The notes beneath the pieces are model-generated. The model made no database searches, was not told the DNA's origin, and saw only the letters and a list, made by a program, of their open reading frames with translations. From the NCBI GenBank assembly GCA_964244115.1, contig CAXTHM010000009.1:665-64664 (forward strand): 64,000 bases of DNA, written 5' to 3'. Made by a program: the position numbers and the translations under genes. This document shows, piece after piece, positions 37,056 through 46,246 of this stretch (position 1 is its first letter; each line of letters starts with the position of its first letter). The stretch comes from an uncultured Thermomicrobiales bacterium. GTDB lineage: Bacteria; Chloroflexota; Chloroflexia; Thermomicrobiales; UBA6265.

Positions 37056-38018
37056 GTGTCAGACAACGGCCATACCCACGATCACCCGGCGCCATCGACG
37101 AAGGACAGGGTCCTCGTCCCCGAGGAACTCCGGCCCAAGGTGCCGAAGGCCATGTCCGTCGCCGCCTCGGACTCCGGCGCCGGCGCGGGTATCCAGGCCG
37201 ACCTGAAGACGTTCGCCGCCCATGGCGTCTACGGGACGACGGCGATCGTCGCGATCACGGCCCAGAGCACCAAGGGCGTCTACGCCATCGCCGAGGTTCC
37301 CGATGAGGTCGTCGTCGCCCAGATCGACATGATGATGGAGGACATCGGCGCCGACGCCGCCAAGACCGGGATGCTCTCCAGCGCCCTGATCGTCGAGGTC
37401 GTCGCCGACCGGCTCGCGGCCTGGGGCGTCCCGACCGTGGTCGACCCGGTGATGGTCTCCAAGAGCGGCGACCAGCTTCTCCAGCGCAACGCCGTCAACG
37501 CCGTCCGCCGCCGCCTGATCCCGATGTCGAAGATCGTGACGCCGAACATCCCCGAGGCCGAGGTGCTGTCCGGCAAGACGATCATCACCGAGGACGACCT
37601 GCGGGAGGCCGCCCGGGCGATCCACGCCCTCGGCACCGAGTGGGTGCTGATCAAGGGCGGCCACCGGGCCGCGACGGCGACCGACGTCCTGTTCGACGGT
37701 GTCGAGTTCATCGAGCTGCCGTCGGAGCGCGTCCGGTCCCTGAACACCCACGGGACCGGCTGCACCCTCTCGGCCGCGATCACGGCCAACCTGGCGCTTG
37801 GGCTGGCGGTGGTCCCGGCGGTCGAGTCGGCCAAGGCCTACCTCACCGGCGCCATCCGGGCGGGCTACGCGATCGGCGGCGGTCACTCACCGGTCAACCA
37901 CTTCTACCGCTTCCCGGAGATGGGGCCGGCTGCCGTCGAGGGCACCGGCCGCATCGAGAGGGCCGCCGACCCGCCGACGGACCAGCCCGAGATCGTCCAG
38001 GCGGAGATCGACCGATGA
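37056..38018 (+). CDS. thiD: Hydroxymethylpyrimidine/phosphomethylpyrimidine kinase
   Basis: MSVAASDSGAGAGIQADLKTFAAHGVYGTTAIVAITAQ and GTGCTLSAAI. The start is uncertain: GTG 37056 follows GAGG, and the track ORF begins at ATG 36948. Confidence 0.88.
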   Translation: MSDNGHTHDHPAPSTKDRVLVPEELRPKVPKAMSVAASDSGAGAGIQADLKTFAAHGVYGTTAIVAITAQSTKGVYAIAEVPDEVVVAQIDMMMEDIGADAAKTGMLSSALIVEVVADRLAAWGVPTVVDPVMVSKSGDQLLQRNAVNAVRRRLIPMSKIVTPNIPEAEVLSGKTIITEDDLREAARAIHALGTEWVLIKGGHRAATATDVLFDGVEFIELPSERVRSLNTHGTGCTLSAAITANLALGLAVVPAVESAKAYLTGAIRAGYAIGGGHSPVNHFYRFPEMGPAAVEGTGRIERAADPPTDQPEIVQAEIDR

Positions 38019-38163
38019 GCGAGACCCGGAGCGACGCCCCACCTACGATCGCGGGCAGGAACGTCACGACCGGTAAGACAATCGATGAGGCATCTGTCGA
38101 CGACCCAAACCAGAGCCCGACCTGTGCGTCATCGAACGGCCCGTCCGCCAACGTGCTCGGCAC

Positions 38164-38850
38164 TTGCTCGTGACGGCCGCTTACTGGGTAGCCGACCCCA
38201 GCCGGCTCCGGACGGCGCTGGCGCTCTATCTCGTCGCGGACCCAGAGCAGTCGGCCTCGGGGGATCTCGTCGCCGATACCGCTGCCGCGATCGCCGGCGG
38301 CGTCACCTGCGTCCAGCTCCGGGCCAAGCACCTCAGCGACATCGACGCGCTCGACCTTGCGACCCCGCTGGCCGAGCTCTGCCGCCGCCACGGCGTCCCG
38401 TTCCTCGTCAACGACCGGCTCGACGTCGCCCTGGCCGTCCGCGCCGACGGCCTGCATGTCGGCCTCAGTGACCTGCCGATCGTGGTCGTCCGGCGCCTGG
38501 GCGGGGAGCGGTTCCTGATCGGGTGGTCGCCGGGGACGGAAGGACAGGCGGCCAGATCGACTGCGGAGGGGGCCGATTATGTCGGCCTCGGACCGGTCTT
38601 CCCGACCGGCTCCAAGGCCGACGCCAGCGCCGCGATCGGGCTGGACGGCCTCGCCGCTCGCGCCCGGGTCGCCGGCGTCCCGACCGTCGGGATCGGCGGC
38701 ATCTCGGTCGGATCGGCCGCATCCGTGATCGACGCCGGAGCGGACGGAGTCGCCGTGATCAGTGCCATCCTGCGGAGTGACGATTGTCAGGCGTCCGCGT
38801 CGGGGCTCAAGGCAGTCGTCGATCAGGCGCTCCGGAACCGGTCCCGCTAA
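38164..38850 (+). CDS. thiE: Thiamine-phosphate synthase
   Basis: LYLVAD..., VQLRAK, PFLVNDRLDVALAVRADGLHVG, ADYVGLGPVFPTGSK and VGIGGI. The start (TTG 38164 or GTG 38170) is uncertain. Confidence 0.88.
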   Translation: MLVTAAYWVADPSRLRTALALYLVADPEQSASGDLVADTAAAIAGGVTCVQLRAKHLSDIDALDLATPLAELCRRHGVPFLVNDRLDVALAVRADGLHVGLSDLPIVVVRRLGGERFLIGWSPGTEGQAARSTAEGADYVGLGPVFPTGSKADASAAIGLDGLAARARVAGVPTVGIGGISVGSAASVIDAGADGVAVISAILRSDDCQASASGLKAVVDQALRNRSR

Positions 38851-39109
38851 TCCCCGCTCCCGTTCCCGACCCGGGAACTCGGGCCGGCTCGGCCTCGCTC
38901 ACGGACCCGACTCGCCCCTGCCCATCGGGAAGCACGGTCGATGCGTCCCTCACGACCCCCTGCCCCGCGTTTCAGTGGATCGCGCAACGCCAGGGAGGCC
39001 GCGGGGAGCGACCCGCGGGGCCTTGGCGCCGGCCATCGTCGAGTGGGACCAGCCGTCGCCTCAATGACAGAAGGCAACGCATCGACCGGATGGCCACAAG
39101 GGGGTCGTC

Positions 39110-39493
39110 CTAGGCCTCGCCCTCCGGTCCGGCAGGTGGGACGACATCCACGTGAACCAGGTCCGGGTCGTCCTGCCACGGGTCCCAGACGCAGCGGTCA
39201 AGGTCGACGAAGTACTCGGTCTTGAACGGGACGCCCTCCGCGACGAGCCGGGCCTGCATGATGTCCGGGTGGCCGAAGTACCAGCCCCCGGTCAGTTCGC
39301 CGTTGCGGTTGACGACGCGATGGAAGGGGAGCTCCGCTGATGACTCACCGTGCATCAGCGCCCAGCCGACCATCCGGGCCCCGCGGGGGTCCCCGATCGT
39401 GCGGGCGATCCGACCGTACGTCGTCACCCGCCCATGCGGGATCCGGGCGACGATCGCGTAGACGCGCTCGGTGAAGTCAGCCGACGCCGGCAT
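39110..39493 (-). CDS. MGMT-family DNA-binding protein lacking the acceptor cysteine (alkyltransferase-like, ATL)
   Basis: VYAIVARIPHGRVTTYGRIA...GARMVGWAL...LPFHRVVNRNG. The canonical PCHRV motif is replaced by PFHRV. Confidence 0.75.
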   Translation of the reverse strand: MPASADFTERVYAIVARIPHGRVTTYGRIARTIGDPRGARMVGWALMHGESSAELPFHRVVNRNGELTGGWYFGHPDIMQARLVAEGVPFKTEYFVDLDRCVWDPWQDDPDLVHVDVVPPAGPEGEA

Positions 39494-39538
39494 CGCTCGC
39501 CCCCTGTCCCCAGGCCTCACCGCCACCACGACTCACCG

Positions 39539-41203
39539 TCACTCGCCGAGCGTCAGCCGCTCGTTCGCCCGGCCGGCGCGGGGGCTCGTCGCCGTCACGG
39601 TTACGACGGTCCCGGCCTCGGCCCGGACGACGAAGCGGACATCGGCCCGGCGCCGGGCGGCGATCGGGCCACGCCAGGCCTCGTCCGTGACCGCCGACTC
39701 GCCCTTGAGGTGCCCGATCGTCTGGCGACGTCCGCCATCGAGGACCTCGATCCCGTCCCCGTCGAGCGAGACGCTGACCGATCCGGCTCGGCGGACGTCG
39801 ATCGCCTGCTGGCAGACGTTGGTCGGCAGGTAGCCGGCGTTCGTCACCCGTGCCGTCACGAGCCAATGGTCCGGCCCGAGGGCCGTCGCGGTCGCGGACT
39901 CGATCTCCAGCCGGGGGGCGGACCGGGCGACCAGGAAACTCCAGTCGATCGCCGGACCGGCGATCTCGGGGATGTACTGCGGCGGTGCGTTCTGGTGGGT
40001 GTACTTGAAGGTCCAGCCACCGATCTCGACCGGCCCGAGCTGCGGGTGGTCGAACGCCGTCCAGTCGAGGAAGCCGGTCTCCGGGATCGTCCGGTCGGCC
40101 CAGGCCAGCATCCGGCGTTCGCCCTGCTCATCCAGCGACTGGAACGCCGCGATCCGCTCCGGCCGGGCGCCAGACGCTTTCTGGACATCCCACAGCTCCG
40201 GCACCCAGGTCAGGACGCCCATCTGGCTGTAGGCCCAGTCCATCAGGGAACCGGAGCGGGCGGTATCCGTCTCCTCATCGTAGCTCTGGAAGGCGGGGCA
40301 GCCGGTCAGCCGCGTGTAGTGCTCCGTCAGGATGCGGTACTCGGACTGGAGGTCGTCGTGGGAGTAGGCGCTGATCGACTGCGACGAGGGCAGCGTGAAG
40401 ATGAAGCCGCCGGCGGTGTGATAGAGCACGGCCGCGAAGATGTTCGGGTGGGCGAGGAAGAAGTCGGCCGTCGCGCGGGTCTCCGGGACGTAGAGCGGGT
40501 ACGGCCCGGCGCCGAGCTGCTGGTGCTCGGGCTGCCAGTTGTGCGGGAAGCTCCGGTTGAAGTCCAGCCCCCAGTACGCCCAGGCCATCGTCAGATTCGC
40601 CCCGACCGGCCCCTCGACCCGGCCCTCCTGGACGAGCTGAAACCGGTCGCCGGCCGGCGTACCGGGCTCGCAGCGAACCATGATCCGGGGATCGACGTCC
40701 GAGACACACCACTCCCCCTGCGGGTCGCGGAGCCGCATCAGCGTGATCTCGCCGTCGCCGTTGACGTCCTCCGGGTGGAGGCCCGGCAGCCGCTCGGGGT
40801 TGGGCCACGGAATCGCGGCGCTGCGCAGGCGGTACGGGGTCGTCAGGTAGACCTCGGCCCCATCCGGAGAGACCCGGGGCCGGACGTAGAACGTATACCG
40901 GGCGAGCAGCTCGGCGATCTCCGGCTCGGCCGACCGCGTCAGCAGCGTCTCGATCGTCCCCAGTGCCAGTACCGACGGCAGGACCTCGCCGGCGTGGATG
41001 TTGCCCTCGACGTAGACGGCCGGCTTGTCCTCCGGGGAGCCCACCCGATGGTCGGACACCGTCGCCGACAGGAGCGGACGGCCCTCGGTGGAGTGGCCGA
41101 TCGTCTCGACGGTGATCAGATCCGGATACGCCGCCTGCCACGCGTCGAGCGCCGCGACGATCTCATCATGGCGAGGGTAGTGGTCGAGGGTCAGTGGGCT
41201 CAC
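39539..41203 (-). CDS. M14 family zinc carboxypeptidase
   Basis: HYPRHDEIVAALDAWQAAYPDLITVETIGHSTEGRPLL...VYVEGNIHAGE. GTG start at 41203, 6 nt after GGAGGA. Confidence 0.8.
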   Translation of the reverse strand: MSPLTLDHYPRHDEIVAALDAWQAAYPDLITVETIGHSTEGRPLLSATVSDHRVGSPEDKPAVYVEGNIHAGEVLPSVLALGTIETLLTRSAEPEIAELLARYTFYVRPRVSPDGAEVYLTTPYRLRSAAIPWPNPERLPGLHPEDVNGDGEITLMRLRDPQGEWCVSDVDPRIMVRCEPGTPAGDRFQLVQEGRVEGPVGANLTMAWAYWGLDFNRSFPHNWQPEHQQLGAGPYPLYVPETRATADFFLAHPNIFAAVLYHTAGGFIFTLPSSQSISAYSHDDLQSEYRILTEHYTRLTGCPAFQSYDEETDTARSGSLMDWAYSQMGVLTWVPELWDVQKASGARPERIAAFQSLDEQGERRMLAWADRTIPETGFLDWTAFDHPQLGPVEIGGWTFKYTHQNAPPQYIPEIAGPAIDWSFLVARSAPRLEIESATATALGPDHWLVTARVTNAGYLPTNVCQQAIDVRRAGSVSVSLDGDGIEVLDGGRRQTIGHLKGESAVTDEAWRGPIAARRRADVRFVVRAEAGTVVTVTATSPRAGRANERLTLGE

Positions 41204-41404
41204 GGTGGCTCCTCCAGGGGCGGCTAACGGTCGATCCGCCGGTCCGTCGCGGAGATGTGGACCGGCGGACGTTCTCGTCGGTCGATGGTCGGGCACCGGA
41301 GCGATGCCGTCAACGCCAGCGGCTATACTTTCGACACCTACGCGGCACGATAGCGGTAGACCGGCGAGCGTAGATTCCCCATCCCGCTGTCCACAGGAGA
41401 ACCA

Positions 41405-44032
41405 ATGGTACGGACATTACTGACCCGGGTGTTCGGCGAGACCGACGAGAAGATCGCCAAACGCTACCAGCCCCTGGTCGACGACATCAACAAGCTCGAA
41501 GCCGAGATCATGGAGATGTCGGACGACGAGATCCGCGCTACCTCGGACGAGTTCCGGGAGCGGCTCGCGCGGGGCGAAACGCTGGACGACCTCCTGCCGG
41601 AGTCGTTCGCCGTCACTCGGGAGGTCGCCCGGCGTGTCCTCGGCCAGCGCCACTACGACGTCCAGCTGATCGGCGGCATGGTCCTCCACGAGGGCAAGAT
41701 CGCCGAGATGCGAACCGGCGAGGGCAAGACGCAGACCGCGACCCTCGCGATCGCCCTCAACGCGCTCGAAGGCAAGGGCGTCCACCTCGTCACGGTCAAC
41801 GACTACCTCGTCCGCCGCGACGGCGCCTGGATGGGGCAGGTCTACCACGCGCTCGGCCTCTCGGTCGGCGTGATCCAGCACGAGACCGCCTTCCTCTACG
41901 ACCCGGACCATGAGCCCGAGGAGGAGGGCGCGATCCCGCACCTGCGGAAGGTGACGCGGCCCGAAGCCTACGGCGCCGACATCACCTACGGGACGAACAA
42001 CGAGTTCGGCTTCGACTACCTCCGCGACAACATGGTCACCACGGCGGCCCGCAAGGTCCAGCGCGGTCTCCACTTCGGGATCGTCGACGAGGTCGACAAC
42101 ATTCTGATCGACGAGGCCCGGACGCCGCTGATCATCTCCGGTCAGGCCCAGCAGGCCAACGACAAGTACTACCAGTTCGCCCAGATCGCCAAACAGCTCC
42201 GGGACAAGCGCGACTTCGAGGTCGAACTCAAGAGCCGGACGGTCAACCTGACCGACGACGGCATCGACCGGGTCGAGCAGCTCGCCGCGATCCCCGAGGG
42301 CGAGAGCATCTACGACGACCGTCACATCGACCTCACCCACTACCTCGAGCAGGCCGTCAAGGCCGAGGTGATCTTCAAGCGGGACAAGGACTACATCGTC
42401 GACGACGAGGGCGAGGTCGTCATCGTCGACGAGTTCACCGGCCGGCTGATGCCGGGCCGGCGCTACAGCGAGGGGCTCCACCAGGCGATAGAGGCCAAGG
42501 AGGGCGTCCGCGTCCGCCGCCAGAACGTGACGCTGGCGACGATCACCTTCCAGAACTACTTCCGGATGTACGAGAAGCTGGCCGGCATGACCGGTACGGC
42601 CAAGACCGAATCCGAGGAGTTCCACCGGATCTACAGCCTCGACGTCGTCACGATCCCGACCAACGTCCCGGTCGCCCGGGACGATGCGGCCGACCTCGTC
42701 TTCCGGACCGAGGACGGCAAGTTCCGGGCGGTCGCGCGGGAGATCAAAGCCATGCGCGAGGCGGGCCGGCCGGTCCTTGTCGGCACGACCTCGATCGACA
42801 CCTCCGAGCGGCTCAGCAACCTCCTGCATGAGATCGGCACGCCGCACAGCGTCCTGAACGCCAAGCAGCACGAGCGCGAGGCCCACGTCGTCGCCGAGGC
42901 GGGACAGGCCCCGGGCGGGATGGGCAATGTCACGATCGCGACCAACATGGCCGGCCGCGGCACCGACATCAAACTCAGCGAAGAGGTCCGGCAGGCAGGC
43001 GGGCTCCATATCATCGGGACCGAGCGGCATGAGTCCCGCCGGATCGACAACCAGCTCCGGGGCCGCGCCGGCCGTCAGGGCGACCCCGGCTCCAGCCGCT
43101 TCTTCGTCTCGCTGGAGGACGACCTGATGAAGCGGTTCGGCTCGGACCGGATCGGCTCGATGATGGACCGGCTCGGCATGACGGACGAGACGCCGATCGA
43201 GCACTCGCTGATCTCCCGGTCGATCGAGAGTGCCCAGCAAAAGACCGAGGGCCACAACTTCGACATCCGGAAGCACGTCGTCCAGTACGACGACGTGATG
43301 AACCGGCACCGCGAGGTCATCTACGGCGACCGCGACAAGGTCGTCGCGGGCGAGGACATGTCCGAGCGGATCGCCGAGATGGTCTCCGGCGAGATCGATT
43401 CCCTGATCGAGAAGGCCCAGCCGGTCGCTCGCGGGGACGACATCGACTACGAAGGGCTCGTCGAAGGTTACCGGGCACTGGTCGGCCGAACCGAGATCGA
43501 TCTCGACGATGTCGACGGGCTCGATCGCGAGGACCTGACCGCGCTGCTGGTCGAGGACGCTGACCGGGCGCTGGACGAGGTCGAGGAGCAGTTCCCCGGC
43601 GACACGATGCGGACCGTCGAGCGCCACGTCATGCTGGCCGTGATCGACCGGCTCTGGGTCGAGCACCTGACGACGATGGACGATGTCCGCGAGGGCGCAG
43701 GCCTCCAGGCCTATGCCCAGCGCGACCCGCTGATCGCCTACAAGAGCAACGGCTTCCGGCTGTTCAACGAGCTGCTGGACCACATCCGCCATGACGTCGT
43801 CCACACGATCTTCCGGGTCCAGCCGGCCGCCGCCCAGCAACCGGTGAAGACGGAGGTGACGGAGGCGCAGGATAACGCGCAGACGAACATCAGCCCAGAG
43901 GCTGACGAGGGCGTCCAGCCCGTCGTCAAGCGCCGAAAGGTCGGCCCGAACCAGCCGTGCTGGTGCGGCAGCGGCAAGAAGTACAAGCATTGCCACGGCG
44001 CCCCGCAGCCGCAGGTGGCGACCCGGGTCTAA
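41405..44032 (+). CDS. secA: Preprotein translocase ATPase SecA
   Basis: MRTGEGKTQTATL, DEVDNILIDEARTPLIISG, TNMAGRGTDIKL and C-terminal zinc motif CWCGSGKKYKHCHG. Confidence 0.95.
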   Translation: MVRTLLTRVFGETDEKIAKRYQPLVDDINKLEAEIMEMSDDEIRATSDEFRERLARGETLDDLLPESFAVTREVARRVLGQRHYDVQLIGGMVLHEGKIAEMRTGEGKTQTATLAIALNALEGKGVHLVTVNDYLVRRDGAWMGQVYHALGLSVGVIQHETAFLYDPDHEPEEEGAIPHLRKVTRPEAYGADITYGTNNEFGFDYLRDNMVTTAARKVQRGLHFGIVDEVDNILIDEARTPLIISGQAQQANDKYYQFAQIAKQLRDKRDFEVELKSRTVNLTDDGIDRVEQLAAIPEGESIYDDRHIDLTHYLEQAVKAEVIFKRDKDYIVDDEGEVVIVDEFTGRLMPGRRYSEGLHQAIEAKEGVRVRRQNVTLATITFQNYFRMYEKLAGMTGTAKTESEEFHRIYSLDVVTIPTNVPVARDDAADLVFRTEDGKFRAVAREIKAMREAGRPVLVGTTSIDTSERLSNLLHEIGTPHSVLNAKQHEREAHVVAEAGQAPGGMGNVTIATNMAGRGTDIKLSEEVRQAGGLHIIGTERHESRRIDNQLRGRAGRQGDPGSSRFFVSLEDDLMKRFGSDRIGSMMDRLGMTDETPIEHSLISRSIESAQQKTEGHNFDIRKHVVQYDDVMNRHREVIYGDRDKVVAGEDMSERIAEMVSGEIDSLIEKAQPVARGDDIDYEGLVEGYRALVGRTEIDLDDVDGLDREDLTALLVEDADRALDEVEEQFPGDTMRTVERHVMLAVIDRLWVEHLTTMDDVREGAGLQAYAQRDPLIAYKSNGFRLFNELLDHIRHDVVHTIFRVQPAAAQQPVKTEVTEAQDNAQTNISPEADEGVQPVVKRRKVGPNQPCWCGSGKKYKHCHGAPQPQVATRV

Positions 44033-44037
44033 CCGTA

Positions 44038-44107
44038 CCCCACCCCCAAACCCCCTCCCCATCTCGCTGGCGTGCTTCGCAATCGCGGATGGAGAGGGGG
44101 CTTTTTC
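44038..44107. repeat. Palindromic terminator element, copy A (C-run arm, conserved loop, GGATGGAGAGGGGG arm, CTTTTTC)
   Basis: ccccacccccaaaccccctccccatc tcgctggcgtgcttcgcaatcgc ggatggagagggggctttttc, starting 6 nt after the secA stop. Confidence 0.8.
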
Positions 44108-44511
44108 ACGGGCGCTTCGGTCTTGACGAGGATCCTTCTACACCGAACGTGGGGGTGACGTCTTGCCTCGCCCGACATACCTTGTCTTCGCAATCCGGGG
44201 TGCATTCGTACACGGTTGAACTCGACATGCCGTCTCGCCTGACGGCGAAGGCCGCTGCGGCGGCCGGATGGGGCAAGCCTCACCCCTACGAACGAGCCTC
44301 GAACGCATGATCCGGTAACAGGCAAACACTTCAAGGGCCAGCGTATTGGGTCAATCGGACGTGGTCGAGCTTGGAAAAGCGTTTTATATCGCGGCGACGG
44401 ACGTTGCGGCCGCTCGACGACCACAAGGGTCGCTTCTACACCGTGGCCGCTCCCAGAGGTGTCGCCCCTAATCGGTCCCACCTCGGTATAGCAGGACGGC
44501 GAAGCCGACAT

Positions 44512-44560
44512 GAAAAAGCCCCTCTCCATCCGCAGATGGGGAGGGGTTTGGGGTGGGGTC
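44512..44560. repeat. Palindromic terminator element, copy B (short loop), inverted relative to copy A
   Basis: gaaaaagcccctctccatcc gca gatggggaggggtttggggtggggtc, 13 nt downstream of the stop of the minus-strand 557-aa gene. Confidence 0.8.
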
Positions 44561-44572
44561 AGAACGCAGTCG

Positions 44573-46246
44573 CTAGAACTTCTGGTCCCGGCCCCGGACC
44601 TCGGTGATCACCTTGCCGAGGCCACGCCCGATCTTGCCACCGACCTTGTTGACCGTCGCCCGCTGCTCTGGACTCAAGACGCCGTAGTACATCGCCACGC
44701 CGGCCGCGCCCAGCCAGATGATCGACTCGACGCCGTCCTTGCCGGCGTCGGCGGTCCGGTGGGCGGCGTTACGGGTGCTGCCGCGGAAGTGGGACGATGC
44801 GGCGACCGCCTGGTCGCCGACCTGGGCGGCGCGCTTCGCGGCCTCGGAGAGGCGGTCGAGAGCCGACTGGAGGCCGTCCTCGGCTCCCTCGACCGCCTTG
44901 GCCCCCTGCTTCCTGGTCTCATGGACCCGGGTGCCGGTCTTGTCCCCGGTCTGCTCGATCAGATCGGTGACCTGCGAGATGAACGACGGGATGTTGGACT
45001 GCAGCAAAGCGGCCATGTCCAGCCCACGGTCACGGGCCTCGCTCGCGCGATCCGGTGCCAGTGACGACACCTTGGCCGTCGGGACGAGATCCTTCGCGGC
45101 CGGGACGAGATCCTTCGCGCTCTGGGCCACGTGCCCCGCCTGTCCCTGGAGCGTCTTCAGTGCCTCCTGGCTCTGCCCGACGACACGATCGCGGAGGGCT
45201 GAAGGGTCATCGCGGAGATCATCGGAGAGGTGGCCGATACGATCCCCCACCTTGCCGAGGGCGGGACCTGCTGCGGCCGCCGCCTTGTGGGTCGCGTCGG
45301 AAATCGCCGACTGGGCGCGTCCGAGCGCATCGGCCGCGGCACCGGTCGAGACGCCGGAACCCGTCGTGGCGGCGCGTTCCGAAACGGCCTGGCCAGCCCG
45401 GTTGGCGGTGTCGGCGACCTGATGGCCGATCTCCGCCGCTCGCTCGCCGACCGTCTTCGCGACATCGGGAAGGTTCCTGCGAGCGTCCTCACGGACATCA
45501 TTGATGAGGGCCGTGACATCGCCCGAGGAGGACTTCGCCAGGGACACGACCTGATCGCGGACCCCGGAGACGCGGCTGGTGGTGTCCTTGCTGCCGTCGC
45601 GGAGCGTCGTCCCAATCGCGTCAGCCGCTTCCTGGCCCCGCTCCTGGAGACGCCTGACGTGTTCGTTGGCCATCGTCGTCACCTCTCCCGTCAGGTTCGA
45701 TGTGGTTCGGCGCAGGCCGTCCGCCCGCTGACCGGCCGCCTTCTCGAACTGCCTGACGTCCTGCCGCCCATTATCGACCATCCCGGCCAGCAGGCGCGGA
45801 ACATCGCCGACGACCTGCCGTGTCGTGTCGACCCGTCGACCGGCCTGCCGCTCCAGCCGCTTCACGGATTTCGCCGACTGCTTCCGCCGCCGGGCGAGCT
45901 CCTTCTCGGCCCTGGACAGACGCTTGCCACCCTCGACACTGGCCACCCCGGCGAGCTCGACGGCTCGCTCGCGGTAGCCCTGGACGACCGGGGCGAGCTC
46001 GTCGGCTCGCTGCTCGATCGACCGGACGGCCTGGCTGTCGACGGCGGCATGGAGCCGACCACGCAAGTGCGTCGGCAGGGGCGTGGGGCCGGACGGGTCG
46101 GAACCGGTGTCGCGGTCCTCGGGCTGCTCGGTCAGCTTCTGGAACAGCCACGCCGCCCCACCACAGGCCGTCGCCGCCAACGCGACCAACTGCCCGTTGC
46201 TCAGTTCAGGCCGGACCAGACGTCCGGACTCGATCTCGTTCGCCAT
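44573..46246 (-). CDS. Hypothetical 557-aa low-complexity helical-repeat protein with N- and C-terminal hydrophobic anchors
   Basis: TM-like LVALAATACGGAAWLF and IIWLGAAGVAMYYGV flank Ala/Arg/Asp/Gln-rich apolipoprotein/LEA/ElaB-like repeats, including the tandem AKDLVPAAKDLVPTAK. The start abuts the stop of the upstream ORF (TAGATG). Confidence 0.65.
   Translation of the reverse strand: MANEIESGRLVRPELSNGQLVALAATACGGAAWLFQKLTEQPEDRDTGSDPSGPTPLPTHLRGRLHAAVDSQAVRSIEQRADELAPVVQGYRERAVELAGVASVEGGKRLSRAEKELARRRKQSAKSVKRLERQAGRRVDTTRQVVGDVPRLLAGMVDNGRQDVRQFEKAAGQRADGLRRTTSNLTGEVTTMANEHVRRLQERGQEAADAIGTTLRDGSKDTTSRVSGVRDQVVSLAKSSSGDVTALINDVREDARRNLPDVAKTVGERAAEIGHQVADTANRAGQAVSERAATTGSGVSTGAAADALGRAQSAISDATHKAAAAAGPALGKVGDRIGHLSDDLRDDPSALRDRVVGQSQEALKTLQGQAGHVAQSAKDLVPAAKDLVPTAKVSSLAPDRASEARDRGLDMAALLQSNIPSFISQVTDLIEQTGDKTGTRVHETRKQGAKAVEGAEDGLQSALDRLSEAAKRAAQVGDQAVAASSHFRGSTRNAAHRTADAGKDGVESIIWLGAAGVAMYYGVLSPEQRATVNKVGGKIGRGLGKVITEVRGRDQKF

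Noticed and set aside
38015-38173. A 52-aa ORF (MSETRSDAPPTIAGRNVTTGKTIDE...) overlapping the thiD stop (ATGA) and filling the thiD-thiE gap.
   Set aside because: It has lower GC3 than neighbouring genes, no recognisable family (it is not ThiS and has no C-terminal GG) and no SD. It is more likely spacer sequence, or thiE starts further upstream. It is kept only as a note.
41417-44062. An 881-aa ORF running antisense to the whole of secA. Similar very long antisense ORFs exist at 46371-48617 versus mnmG, 30467-32596 versus dnaG, 32528-34675 versus selA, 4838-6688 versus ruvB, 39350-41227 versus the carboxypeptidase, 18707-20524, 56309-57694, 15018-16310 and 26871-28202.
   Set aside because: The translations are Arg/Leu/Gly/Asp/Val-rich low-information strings with no recognisable motifs, no SD and GC3-poor phasing. 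In high-GC genomes the frame opposite a GC3-rich gene rarely contains stop codons, so these are shadow ORFs. The sense-strand genes have unambiguous family signatures.
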